Origin: an uncultured delta proteobacterium
Lineage (GTDB): Bacteria; Myxococcota_A; Polyangia; Fen-1088
DNA length: 64,000 bases
Reading direction: 5' to 3'
Assembly (NCBI GenBank): GCA_963737265.1
Contig: CAVTRY010000020.1
Span: 33,559-97,558, forward strand
Positions 51,640 to 61,224 of this stretch are shown here, piece by piece; within the stretch, counting starts at the first letter, position 1; each line of letters opens with the position of its first letter. The notes below the pieces were generated by a model, which was not told the DNA's origin, searched no databases, and saw only the letters and a program-made list of their open reading frames with translations. The translations under genes and the position numbers were made by a program.

Positions 51640-51910
51640 GTGACCGTCAAGTCGCTTGACTAGCCCAGGTCCGTCGCCTGGGTGAGGTCCATCGAGGGTG
51701 AACCTCCCGGCTTCGGCGAGGCGTTCAGATCCTTTCGGCTGCACCCTCCCGATCTTCGTCGGCGCCTACCCTGTAGGGCAAGCGTGCCGGCGCCGACAGC
51801 AGCGCGGCGGCGGCGGCGAGAGCAAAGGGCGCCAGAAACAAGCCCATCGTGGAGCATCTCTGCCCCCCGAACAGGCAAGCGACGATGATCCAAACGAACC
51901 GGGCATCCAT
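51640..51910 (-). pseudogene. Degraded membrane-protein gene 5' part, adjacent to the IS110 insertion
   Basis: Hydrophobic short ORF 51725-51910 with an operator upstream. Confidence 0.3.
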
Positions 51911-51945
51911 CGGGGTAGCTCGAGACTGTCAGCCTTCAGAGCTAC

Positions 51946-51962
51946 TACGACGGGCCATAGTA
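51946..51962. promoter_or_regulatory. BlaI-like operator TACGAC-N5-ATAGTA
   Basis: Recurring palindrome. Confidence 0.65.
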
Positions 51963-52020
51963 GCGCGGGCGATGGGAACAGCTATCGAGTTGCTCCTGAG
52001 CTGATCTCCACACTACGGCC

Positions 52021-52060
52021 CGGCGCCGAGCCCCGACTTCAAGCTGGGGACTCGGCGCCG
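52021..52060 (-). terminator. Hairpin downstream of the 52080-52613 gene
   Basis: CGGCGCCGAG-CCCC...GGGG-A-CTCGGCGCCG stem. Confidence 0.5.
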
Positions 52061-52079
52061 CGCTGCTGCGAAGATGCGC

Positions 52080-52613
52080 TCAGTATCCGTAGCTGGACGA
52101 CCCGGACCCGCTCGCGGGCGCCGGAGAGGTGGAAGGGGAGGTGACCGCGTTGCCACCAGGCCCAAGGCCATACCACAGGGCGCCGAACTGGTTCAGCCCC
52201 TGGCCGCTCGTCTGACCCGGGGTGTGATCGCCGACGTAGTAGTACAGCGGGTGTCCGTTGTAGGTCACCTGGGCGGCGCCGCCCGCCTGCGCGACGGTGC
52301 CGATCCGTCCGGCTACCGTGCCGCTCAGCGCCCGCGGTGTGGTGGTGGCCGTAAAGGGCGGCCAGATGGCCTGGCCGGCCGCCGACAGGGTGCTGACGTT
52401 GGGCCTGTCACCCTCGAACAGGTAAAGCGTCCGCCCGTTGGCGTCGACCAGGGTGGCGCCAAGCGACGTCTGCTTAACCGAGATCGCCGACGCGGCGGCG
52501 ACGGTCGACCGAGGCTTCGTGGTGCTCGCGCCGCTGGTGGCCACGATCACTGCAATGGCTGCCGCGACGATGACGGCGACGGCCGCCACCAGTGGGAGTC
52601 GTGTGCGACTCAT
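52080..52613 (-). CDS. Secreted COG4315/Lipoprotein_15 repeat protein
   Basis: LVDANGRTLYLFEGD, WPP, QVTYNGHPLYYY.GD and GQG...FGALW. Confidence 0.88.
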   Translation of the reverse strand: MSRTRLPLVAAVAVIVAAAIAVIVATSGASTTKPRSTVAAASAISVKQTSLGATLVDANGRTLYLFEGDRPNVSTLSAAGQAIWPPFTATTTPRALSGTVAGRIGTVAQAGGAAQVTYNGHPLYYYVGDHTPGQTSGQGLNQFGALWYGLGPGGNAVTSPSTSPAPASGSGSSSYGY

Positions 52614-52736
52614 TTCGTCTCTGCTCCTTGTGGAGGATTGTCCAACGCGCCCTCGCCTCTCGAACGATCGCCGGTGGCTGGGTCAGCGTTGCTTCTCACT
52701 GGAAGAGTCCGCTCGCGGCCGATACCTTCCCGGACC

Positions 52737-52778
52737 CACTACGCCACGTAGCAGAAAGACCTACGAGCCCGTATAGTA
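52737..52778. promoter_or_regulatory. Two BlaI-like operators in a divergent promoter region
   Basis: CACTAC-GCCAC-GTAGCA and TACGAG-CCCGT-ATAGTA, the latter containing a TATAGT -10-like box. Confidence 0.65.
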
Positions 52779-52785
52779 GCTCGCG

Positions 52786-54297
52786 ATGGCCGCCCAAGTT
52801 CTTCTCACCGGCGCCACCGGCTACGTGGGCGGTCGCCTGCTCCATCGACTCGAGGCTTCGGGCCGCGAGGTTCGGTGTCTGACCCGGCGGCCCGAGGCCC
52901 TGGCGACGCGCATCGCCGAGGGGACCGAGGTGGTGGCCGGGGACGTTCTGGACGCGGCGTCGCTACGCCGCGCGATGGAGGGCGTGGAGGTGGCCTATTA
53001 CCTGGTCCACTCGATGGAGACCTCGACGAGGTTCGAGGCGCTCGACCGGACGGCGGCGCGCAACTTCGCCCAGGCGGCCCGCGCAGCCGGGGTACGCCGC
53101 ATCGTTTACCTGGGCGGCCTGGGGAGCGGAGATCGGCTGTCCCCGCACCTGGCGAGCCGGCAGGAGGTCGGCGCCATCCTCCGTTCGTCGGGCGTTCCGA
53201 CGATCGAGTTTCGCGCCTCGATTGTGATCGGCTCCGGCAGCGCGTCATACGAGCTCGTGCGAGCGCTCGTCGAGAGTCTGCCATTGGTCATCGCCCCGGC
53301 GTGGGTCGAGACGGTCGCGCAGCCGATCGCCATCGAGGACGTCCTCGAGTACCTGCTCGCGGCGCTCGAGCGCGAGGATCGTCGCAGCGCGATCTTCGAG
53401 ATCGGTGGCGCCGAGCCGGTGACCTATGCGGAGATCATCCGTGAGTACGCGCGCCAGCGCGGTCTGCGGAGACCACTGCTCCGCTCATCGCTGCTCACGC
53501 CACGACGGTCGCGCTTCGTCCTCGGCCTGATTACCCCGGTCTACGGCCAGGTTGCCGGCGCGCTGGTCGAGGGCCTGCGCAACGAGACGGTCGTCCGCTC
53601 GCCCGCCTCGCTGGAGGAGTTCCCGATCCGCCCCCGGGGGCTCCAACGAGCGGTGGAGCGAGCGCTCATCAGCGAGGATTTGGAATTCGCGGAAACGAGT
53701 TGGTCGGACGCGTTCGCGTCCGCCCCCCCGGCCGGGGTGGCTCCGACCCCGTTCGGTCGGCGCCTGGTCGCCTCGCGCGTGCTCCGCGTGAACGCCGACT
53801 CGAGCGACGCATTCGACCCCATCCAGCGCATAGGCGGACACACCGGGTGGTACGCGGGCAACTGGTTCTGGCGTGCCCGTGGATTGCTGGACACGCTAAG
53901 CGGCGGCGTCGGGTTGCGACGCGGTCGGCGCGACGCGGTCGATCTCCGCCTCGGCGACACGATCGACTTCTGGCGCGTCGAGACGCTCGAGCAGGGCCGT
54001 CGGTTGCGCCTGGCGGCGGAGATGCGAATCCCCGGCCGCCTGTGGCTCCAATTCGAGATCGATCCTCACGACGATGGCGGCGTCCAGGTTCGCCAGACCA
54101 CGGTGTTCGATCCCGCCGGCTGCGTCGGGTTGGCGTATTGGTACATGCTCTGTCCCATCCATCATCTCGTCTTCGGCCGCATGCTTCGCGGCATCGGGCG
54201 CGTAATCGGACGCCGGGCGTCCGCCTCGCCCGACTCAATGGTCGGAGCGACGGCGGCGCGGAGCGCAGCCCACTCGGTGGAATACTATGGTCGGTAG
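52786..54297 (+). CDS. Atypical SDR with C-terminal DUF2867 (YbjT-like)
   Basis: TGATGYVG, YYLVHSM, QPIAIEDV, DFWRVE and AEMRIPGRLWL. Confidence 0.9.
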   Translation: MAAQVLLTGATGYVGGRLLHRLEASGREVRCLTRRPEALATRIAEGTEVVAGDVLDAASLRRAMEGVEVAYYLVHSMETSTRFEALDRTAARNFAQAARAAGVRRIVYLGGLGSGDRLSPHLASRQEVGAILRSSGVPTIEFRASIVIGSGSASYELVRALVESLPLVIAPAWVETVAQPIAIEDVLEYLLAALEREDRRSAIFEIGGAEPVTYAEIIREYARQRGLRRPLLRSSLLTPRRSRFVLGLITPVYGQVAGALVEGLRNETVVRSPASLEEFPIRPRGLQRAVERALISEDLEFAETSWSDAFASAPPAGVAPTPFGRRLVASRVLRVNADSSDAFDPIQRIGGHTGWYAGNWFWRARGLLDTLSGGVGLRRGRRDAVDLRLGDTIDFWRVETLEQGRRLRLAAEMRIPGRLWLQFEIDPHDDGGVQVRQTTVFDPAGCVGLAYWYMLCPIHHLVFGRMLRGIGRVIGRRASASPDSMVGATAARSAAHSVEYYGR

Positions 54298-54299
54298 TA
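54283..54299. promoter_or_regulatory. BlaI-like operator TACTAT-N5-GTAGTA
   Basis: Upstream of the gene starting at 54327. Confidence 0.65.
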
Positions 54300-54326
54300 G
54301 ATGTATTCCACGCTCGGAAGGATCCA

Positions 54327-54626
54327 GTGCAGACCTACCAGATCAACATCTCAAAGGGCCGCGACAAGGTGCACGAGATACGCCGCGAGCTGTTCGCTTT
54401 TTCGGAGATACTCGATGTTTTCGTGACCAGCCGGCCGGACTCGCTGGTGGTCGTTTGTGCTGGTCGGCCGCGGCTGGGCGAATGGCGCCGCGCGCTGCGC
54501 GCAGTCGGTTACGAGATACCGGCCCGACGGCACTCCTTCGCCGCCACTACGACAGAGCGTAGTATTAGCCAAATTCATGCCCAGGCAACTCAGATCGACC
54601 AGGCCAGACGGCCGCATGCCGCGTGA
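54327..54626 (+). CDS. Small hypothetical protein
   Basis: RBS GGAAGGA then GTG. Translation VQTYQINISKGRDKVHEIRRELFAF... Confidence 0.6.
   Translation: MQTYQINISKGRDKVHEIRRELFAFSEILDVFVTSRPDSLVVVCAGRPRLGEWRRALRAVGYEIPARRHSFAATTTERSISQIHAQATQIDQARRPHAA
54548..54564. promoter_or_regulatory. BlaI-like operator TACGAC-N5-GTAGTA upstream of ftsH
   Basis: Full consensus match. Confidence 0.7.
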
Positions 54627-56556
54627 CGAGAGCGTTTGGCGGGTCGCGCCTGCGCCCGACGGGCGGGGTATGCCGGATCCTCCTGCGCGGCGACCGCCGC
54701 ACCGGTCCCGCTGGTTCGTGTGGCTGGTGGGCCTCCTGCTCGCGCTGAACTTCGGCTCGGTGTTGCTGGTGCAGCCCGGCGCTCAGCCACGAGTGAAGGT
54801 GCCATTCAGCCCTTACTTCGTCAGCGCCGTGCAGGCGGGCCGGGTCGCGTCAATCGCCTCGACCGGGAACACCGTGCAGGGAACGTTCAAGCTTGCCGTG
54901 CGTTACCCGGCCCAGAGCCCCACGGCGGAGTCGACGACGCTGTTCAGCACCGAAGTGCCGACGTTCTGGAACGACAACCAGCTCACCGCGCTGCTGGAGT
55001 CCCATCACGTCCAGATCAATGCGTCCTCGCCGACTCAGGGCGGCTCGGTGGTCGGCTCCTCGCTCCTCGGGTTTGGACCGACACTGCTGCTGGTCGGTCT
55101 GTTCATCATGTTCGCGCGACGGGCGGCACGCGGCGGCGCGGCCGGCGCGCTGGGCAACTTCGGTCGCTCGCGGGCGCGCGGGATCGACCCGGCGACGATC
55201 AGGGTCACGTTCGCCCACGTGGCCGGGATCGACGAGGCCAAGGCCGAGCTGACCGAGATCGTTGACTTCTTGCGCAACCCCGAACGCTACGGCCGCTTGG
55301 GTGGCCGCATGCCCCACGGCGTGTTGCTCTCGGGCGCGCCGGGAACCGGCAAGACCCTGCTCGCTCGAGCGGTGGCGGGTGAGGCCCACGCGGCGTTCTT
55401 CTCGATCTCGGCCTCGGAGTTCATCGAGGCGATCGTCGGCGTCGGCGCGGCGCGCGTGCGCGACTTCTTCGCGAAAGCCAAAGAGGCCGCGCCGTCGATC
55501 ATCTTCATCGACGAACTCGACGCGATCGGCCGCTCGCGACAGGGTCAGGTATCGGTCACAGGCGGCAACGACGAGCGCGAACAGACACTCGATCAGGTCC
55601 TCACCGAGATGGATGGCTTCGAGAGCGTCGAGGCCGTCGTCGTGCTCGCAGCGACCAACCGGCCCGAGATACTCGACCTTGCACTGCTGCGTCCCGGGCG
55701 CTTCGACCGCCGAGTGTCGGTTCAACCCCCCGATCGGGTCGGCCGCCGAAAGATCCTCGATGTTTACACCCGCTCGATCCCGCTGGCCGACAACGTCGAC
55801 CTCGATGGGTTGGCGGCGAGCACGCCGGGGATGGTCGGGGCCGAGTTGGCCAACCTGGCCAACGAGGCAGCGCTGCTCGCGGCGCGGCGCCAACATCAAC
55901 GCGTCGAGCAGATCGACCTCACCGACTCGCTGGAGAAGATCCTGCTCGGTGCTCCGCGTGGAATCGTGCTCTCCCCGGCCGACCGCGAACGGACGGCCTA
56001 CCACGAAGCCGGACACGCGCTCGTCGGGATGCTCACCCCCGGCACGGACTCCGTGCGGAAGGTCTCGATCATCCCCCGCGGGATGGCGCTCGGGGTGACG
56101 TTGTCGGCACCGGACGACGACCAGGTCTCCTACACGCTCGAGGATCTGATCGCGAAGCTCAAGGTGGCGGTCGCGGGACGCGTCGCGGAGGAGATCGTCT
56201 ATGGAACGATCACCACCGGAGCCGAGAGCGACATCCAGCAGCTCACGATGATCGCCCGGCAGATGGTCGGCCGGTGGGGCATGAGCGACGCGATCGGACT
56301 CGTCTCGGTGCTTCCCGCCGAGGGTCTCGGGCCGCTGCTGGGCGCGGCGGGCGAGACATCCCAGGCCACCCAACAGCTCGTCGACGACGAGGTCCGCCGC
56401 CTGATCGATGGCGCGCACAGCGCGGTGACGGATCTCCTGACCGACCACCGCGAGCAGCTCGAGCACCTCACCGTGGCCCTGCTCGACGCCGAGACGCTCG
56501 ACGGCATCGACGCCTACCGCGCAGCCGGCATGCCGATGCAGTCCGAGGCCGCCTGA
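54616..56556 (+). CDS. ftsH: ATP-dependent zinc metalloprotease FtsH
   Basis: Two TM helices, [24 protein letters not shown] and HEAGH. Confidence 0.95.
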   Translation: MPRDESVWRVAPAPDGRGMPDPPARRPPHRSRWFVWLVGLLLALNFGSVLLVQPGAQPRVKVPFSPYFVSAVQAGRVASIASTGNTVQGTFKLAVRYPAQSPTAESTTLFSTEVPTFWNDNQLTALLESHHVQINASSPTQGGSVVGSSLLGFGPTLLLVGLFIMFARRAARGGAAGALGNFGRSRARGIDPATIRVTFAHVAGIDEAKAELTEIVDFLRNPERYGRLGGRMPHGVLLSGAPGTGKTLLARAVAGEAHAAFFSISASEFIEAIVGVGAARVRDFFAKAKEAAPSIIFIDELDAIGRSRQGQVSVTGGNDEREQTLDQVLTEMDGFESVEAVVVLAATNRPEILDLALLRPGRFDRRVSVQPPDRVGRRKILDVYTRSIPLADNVDLDGLAASTPGMVGAELANLANEAALLAARRQHQRVEQIDLTDSLEKILLGAPRGIVLSPADRERTAYHEAGHALVGMLTPGTDSVRKVSIIPRGMALGVTLSAPDDDQVSYTLEDLIAKLKVAVAGRVAEEIVYGTITTGAESDIQQLTMIARQMVGRWGMSDAIGLVSVLPAEGLGPLLGAAGETSQATQQLVDDEVRRLIDGAHSAVTDLLTDHREQLEHLTVALLDAETLDGIDAYRAAGMPMQSEAA

Positions 56557-56815
56557 GCGCTGTCGCGCCCAGGCCGCGCGTCGGACCCTCAGGGACCGCC
56601 TTTCTCGCCGGTTCGCGCTCCCCGCCCAGCTCGGCCGCCGGGATCTCCTCAGAGCCGCCGGCGGCGTCTCGGCGCACGGCGCTCCCCGCGCTGCGCAACG
56701 TATGCGTCTCGGTCGCGCTGAGCTCCTCGCAGGTGCGCATGACGAGGAGGAACAGGAAGAACGGGACCACGAACGCGGCGATCCGGAAGAACCACACCTG
56801 GCCCTGGTAGCCCTG
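56556..56815 (-). pseudogene. Cytochrome b (QcrB-like) C-terminal fragment
   Basis: YQGQVWFFRIAAFVVP...RTCEEL...RRDAAGG. Confidence 0.5.
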
Positions 56816-57166
56816 ACGGGAATCCGGTCGGCAGCCCACGCGATGACGTGTCGGCCCCGACACGAGTTGGTACATGCGCTACGCAGTGCCGGCTCGATGA
56901 GCCGAACGTAAAGACTAAGGTTCCCACGCCGATGGGGTTGCCGGCGATCCAGGAGCTGACGCGTCGCCGCGTCAACGTTACGTCACGCCGCTGATCGACG
57001 TCTATGAGCACGTGATCAACGCGTACCGGCGCCGGCTTGGCGTGGGCTTGCCGCACGAGCGCGAGCGGGAGACTCGCTCGAGTCGACACGATCGGTGGCG
57101 TCGTTCTTCCTCTCGCGGATCGGTACGAAGGGCTCCACAGCGCTGAGTTGGGTCGTTCCCCCCCGG

Positions 57167-57508
57167 TTACGCCGTCGCGACCTGCGCGACCGCTCGCTGG
57201 TAGGCCGCCGCGGCTTGCTTTTCGCGGTCCAGGGCCGCGACATACACGCTGAATGCGAGCTTCTGGTCCGGGCGATCCGAGCACTTCCAGTCCTCATATG
57301 ACACGGCGACCGCGGCGCAGGCGTCGCGCCAGCTTACGTAGTCGTCCATCATGTCGTCGACGTACTGTCGGCGCCTTCCTCCCGCAAACGCTGAGCCGCG
57401 GTCACGGGTCCCTCGCGCGTTAGCCCGGGCCCTCACGCGCGCACGCTCCGGCTGATCGGCGGTTGGCGTGACGAGCGATTGACGGTTCCCGCGATACCGG
57501 GCTCGCAA
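57167..57508 (-). CDS. Small helical hypothetical protein (paralog of 41444-41686; start uncertain)
   Basis: MDDYVSWRDACAAVAVSY..W...AFSVYVAALDREKQAA. Confidence 0.7.
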   Translation of the reverse strand: MRARYRGNRQSLVTPTADQPERARVRARANARGTRDRGSAFAGGRRRQYVDDMMDDYVSWRDACAAVAVSYEDWKCSDRPDQKLAFSVYVAALDREKQAAAAYQRAVAQVATA

Positions 57509-57588
57509 TCCTCAGAAGCTAACTGTCTTGTTGCCGCTGCTGGTGCGCAGGCCCCGATTACGGGCTGCTTCATCGACCGCCGCCTTTC

Positions 57589-57900
57589 CTATTTTGGGGG
57601 AGCCGCGTGATCTACGACGTCAGGTAGTATTCGAATCGGCAGACGCCCGAAACGCCGAAGCATTCCCGCTTCTCGGGTCGAAGCGTCAACAGACACGAAG
57701 GGTTGTGCGCCCTCTTGTTGCCCCGCACGCGCTACCAGCTCGCGCGCGACTCGCTGTAGATCGCGCAGATAGCTGAGCTGAGCCTGCCAGCGCGCGTCGA
57801 GGTCCTGGCCGGTCGCGATTCGTGCGATGTCGTCGTGGGCGTCGAGCAGCTCGCACACCAAGCGCGTGAGCTGCTCGGACGCCCCCGGCATGGGAGCCAT
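57589..57900 (-). CDS. Hypothetical protein
   Basis: LVCELLDAHDD...W..QLSYLRDLQRVARE helical core. Confidence 0.55.
   Translation of the reverse strand: MAPMPGASEQLTRLVCELLDAHDDIARIATGQDLDARWQAQLSYLRDLQRVARELVARAGQQEGAQPFVSVDASTREAGMLRRFGRLPIRILPDVVDHAAPPK
57613..57629. promoter_or_regulatory. BlaI-like operator TACGAC-N5-GTAGTA
   Basis: Full consensus match upstream of the 57508 gene. Confidence 0.7.
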
Positions 57901-57932
57901 AGCCCGGCGGGGGTGACGCGGCTGGTACGGCA

Positions 57933-58346
57933 TCATCGGGGACCCTGGAAAGGGCCTAGGCACGGCGCAAGACCGGGGATGCGAATCACTGCGGCAGCCT
58001 CCGCTAGCACCGTCTCGCCGTCCATCGCCAAGATCTCGACCATTTCCTGCTCGAACTCCACCGTCCCCATGTGGGAGTCAGCGAGCAAGGTCACGAGCGT
58101 GCTGTGTGACCACACGGTCGGTCTCGACGCTCGCCGAATCGCGTCGAAGGGGCATACCGCCTCGCGGGAGCCGGGCGGGAGGGCGTGCCGCCGAACGTGG
58201 GCACCCCACAGTTCGAAGCGATGGGGAACGAGTACAAACTCGCTGTGCTCTGCCGCCGCGAAGCGAGCGAGTGTCCAGTCCTTGGCCACCTCGACGAGGT
58301 ACTCGATCGTCGCGATGCGTGGTGGCGTACCGCTCCTACCGGTCAC
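57933..58346 (-). CDS. Hypothetical protein
   Basis: 137-aa ORF following the sigma gene. Confidence 0.45.
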   Translation of the reverse strand: MTGRSGTPPRIATIEYLVEVAKDWTLARFAAAEHSEFVLVPHRFELWGAHVRRHALPPGSREAVCPFDAIRRASRPTVWSHSTLVTLLADSHMGTVEFEQEMVEILAMDGETVLAEAAAVIRIPGLAPCLGPFQGPR

Positions 58347-58965
58347 GAGAAGACTCCACTACACGACCGAGGAGGGAAACCCGATCGGCATCTGTAGCCC
58401 GCCGACCTCGATGTGCGCCCGCCGGCTCGCTTAGGGCTCGGGCGATGTGCTGGCGGCCGCGGGATAAGCGGCTCGTGATCGTCACCTCGCGCGTACGCAA
58501 GTGGCGCGCCGCCTGCCGATAGGACATCCCGACGACGTCGACCGCCACGACCGCGTCTCGGTAGGGCCGGGGGGTGACGGCGATCGCCTCCATCAGCTCG
58601 CGCGCGTCGAAGGTTCCAGCGATTTCGGCTCGGTCATTGAAATCAGTCTCGACCAGCGGGACCGTGATCGGGCGCCGCCTGACGGCCCGATGGCGAGCAG
58701 TGTTCGTGTTACCCAGGGCGCGCAGAAGGTATCCGGCCTCGTTGTCGCTGCGAAGCAGGCGCGGGCGCCTCAGCACTCGCGCGAACGTGTCCTGGACGAG
58801 GTCCTCCGCCTCGTGGCGGGAACCGCACAGCGCCCACGCGGCGCGGTAGAGCACGTCGATGTGATCCCGGAGGACCATCGGATCGAGCGGGCGTAGCACG
58901 GGCCCTGAATCCGCGCCGGGTTGCTGGCCGTCTCGCGTCGAACATACGTCGGTGGGCGCGCTCAT
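58336..58965 (-). CDS. ECF sigma factor
   Basis: LYRAAWALCGSRHEAEDLVQDTF and DVVGMSYRQAA...SRLSRGR. Confidence 0.85.
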   Translation of the reverse strand: MSAPTDVCSTRDGQQPGADSGPVLRPLDPMVLRDHIDVLYRAAWALCGSRHEAEDLVQDTFARVLRRPRLLRSDNEAGYLLRALGNTNTARHRAVRRRPITVPLVETDFNDRAEIAGTFDARELMEAIAVTPRPYRDAVVAVDVVGMSYRQAARHLRTREVTITSRLSRGRQHIARALSEPAGAHRGRRATDADRVSLLGRVVESSRDR

Positions 58966-59029
58966 GGGATGGGTACCTCGCGTACCTCTTCTGCGACGGT
59001 TTGCTCCGCTACATACGGCGGAAGCTGCG

Positions 59030-59430
59030 TCGAACGCCTCGCAGGCACGGCCCAGCACGCACAGGGCGAGTATCGCGGTTCGGTGGGCGGGCTCGGCGAA
59101 CCGGTCGAGGGTGATCGCCGGCTGGGCATGGGCCAGGGCGGCGGCGTAGCCGCGCGCAACGAGCGCCGCCTGGGCCGCATCGAGGACGGCACCGCGCACG
59201 CGCCCGCGGTAAGTGCGGCGCAGGCCCTCAGCCCAGCTCGCGTAACGCTCGTGCGCGAGCACTTCGCCGCGCACCAGTCGCCCTGACTCCTCGACCAGGC
59301 GCCGCGCCTGACGCGTCGCGGGCTCTCCTGACCGCTCGAGCAGCTGATCCAAGGGGCCGACGTCGAGGTCGGCGAGCTCAATGGCGAACCGATACGCCTC
59401 GGGCTCGGTGACCACGAGCTCTCGCGCGCG
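59030..59430 (-). pseudogene. BTAD (SARP activator) domain fragment
   Basis: RGEVLAHERYASWAE..R...LDRFAEPAHR. Confidence 0.65.
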
Positions 59431-59649
59431 CGTCGCCGGTCTGCCGACGACCGGCGACGAAGTACAGAGATGAAGGCCTGAGGCGCCGCGGCCTCGTCTT
59501 GCGGAAGGCGCTCGCCCCAAAGCAGATCGGCCAGACGTGACCGTCGTGGTCTGCCGGATGCGCTAAGCGTGGCCTGCTGGTACGCGGGCCTCGGTTGCTT
59601 GGAGTCCTCACCCGTTGAGCTCCGGTGCGCTCGCGGGCATACTGAGCCG

Positions 59650-60480
59650 GTGGATCGTGTCGTGACAGGTCGGCTTGGTGAGCTTGTTGGTCGCGGCGGC
59701 GTATGCGTGCTATCGGGCGCCGGTCTGTCGACGGAGTCGGGGATCCCGGACTATCGCAGTCCGAGCGGCGCGCTGCGTGCGCGGCTGCCGATGACGATCG
59801 CTGAGTTTCGCGGCTCGCCGGAGGCTCGTCAGCGATACTGGGCCCGTGCTCATATCGGCTGGCGGCGGATCGCAGCCGCACGGCCCAACGCCGGGCACCG
59901 GGCGGTGGCCGCGCTGCAGCAGGCGGGCGTGCTGCGCGCGATCATCACGCAGAACGTCGACGGATTGCATCAGGCCGCCGGCGCCCGAGACGTCGTGGAG
60001 TTGCATGGAACGCTTGCCCGTGTCGTGTGTCTGGAGTGCGGCGCGCGCAACACCCGGGAGGCGCTTGATCAGCGGCTGCGTGCCGCCAACCCCGATCTGG
60101 ACTGGGACGAGGTCCCCGCCAGCAACCCTGACGGAGACGCTGAGCTTGCCGACGAGCAGGTCGCGCGGTTCCGGCTGGTTGGCTGTGAGTGCTGCGGGGC
60201 CGATCTGCTCAAGCCCGACGTCGTGTTCTTCGGCGAGAACGTGCCGCGGTCCCGGGTGCAGCGGTGCTTCGATCTGCTCGATGGCTCGGCCTGTCTGCTC
60301 GTGCTCGGGTCCTCGCTCACGGTGATGTCAGGGCTGCGGTTCGTGCACCGGGCTCGGCAAGCGCGGATCCCGGTGGCGATCGTCAACCAGGGCGCGACTC
60401 GTGGCGACCCCCTCGCCGACATCAAAGTCGACGCCGCGCTCGGCGAGGTGCTGCCCACACTGGCCGGCACGCTCCGGTGA
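59650..60480 (+). CDS. cobB: Sir2-family NAD-dependent deacylase
   Basis: GAGLSTESGIPDYR, TQNVDGLH, ELHG, two CxxC motifs, KPDVVFFGE and GSSL. Confidence 0.92.
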   Translation: MDRVVTGRLGELVGRGGVCVLSGAGLSTESGIPDYRSPSGALRARLPMTIAEFRGSPEARQRYWARAHIGWRRIAAARPNAGHRAVAALQQAGVLRAIITQNVDGLHQAAGARDVVELHGTLARVVCLECGARNTREALDQRLRAANPDLDWDEVPASNPDGDAELADEQVARFRLVGCECCGADLLKPDVVFFGENVPRSRVQRCFDLLDGSACLLVLGSSLTVMSGLRFVHRARQARIPVAIVNQGATRGDPLADIKVDAALGEVLPTLAGTLR

Positions 60481-61224
60481 GCCGAGCTAGGCCGGCGAGG
60501 TGTCGGCTGGGCGCCAGTCCGGTCACCCGCCCGACAGCGAGAGCAGCGCGCCAGACGATTGCATTCACGCAGGCCGCAACGGGCTGCGGTCACCGCTTCG
60601 ACGACGTTGCGATCGTGAGCTGGTCGGCACCCGGGCGATCGCAATGCCACGAGGCTGTTGCACAAAGGCGCGCAAAGATCCGTGCGTAGTGATGGTGGGA
60701 CGACCGACCGCGATTTGCGATCAATTGCAGGTCCCATCCAATCCAGGCCCAGGTGGGCGTCACGTTATCCCTCCCATTGTGCACCAGAAGGGAGCGTCAG
60801 CGCCGACCTACGCTGACGATCGCTTCGACGATTCACGCCACCCGCGCCGGACGCTCGCCTCCAACGGATGGGACGCGCCCGGCGTCGTGGCGGTCCGCAT
60901 GGCGCGGCGCACGCTCGCATTCCGGGAGAGCGAGCGCCGAATCCGGGCGACATTCGCCGGCGGCGGGCTTCTGAGTTCGCCCAACAGCATGCGCCGCGGT
61001 TCAGCGGTGCGGAGGACTCCTTTGCGACGAATCCGCGTTTCCGGGGGTGAAGGGGGGACGGTCAGTTCGAGCCTCTCCGAGTTGGGAACCGTTCCGGGGG
61101 GCGTGATCGGTGTCGGCGTCAAGATGGGCATGTTGGCCGGGGGGAATGGGTTGCGGTGCCGTTGCGGTGAGCCGGGCTCCCGCACCGAGGGCTGGTGACC
61201 GAGGGAAGCGTCCCCGTGGTCCGG

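Noticed and set aside
54850-56466. Long antisense and alternative-frame ORFs (also 8326-9600 and 50149-51663)
   Set aside because: These are shadow ORFs expected from high-GC codon bias over well-supported genes.
58336-59520. Novel BTAD-sigma factor fusion
   Set aside because: The BTAD part is truncated and joined by a nonsense-like linker. It is more likely a deletion remnant that happens to be in frame with the sigma gene.
59650-60480. Sir2 as an anti-phage defence NADase
   Set aside because: It has the zinc-binding Cys motifs and length of a housekeeping sirtuin deacylase, and no defence partner genes are nearby.
60480-61200. ORFs between the sirtuin and the phosphatase
   Set aside because: No recognisable motifs or convincing starts. 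They may be degraded fragments.
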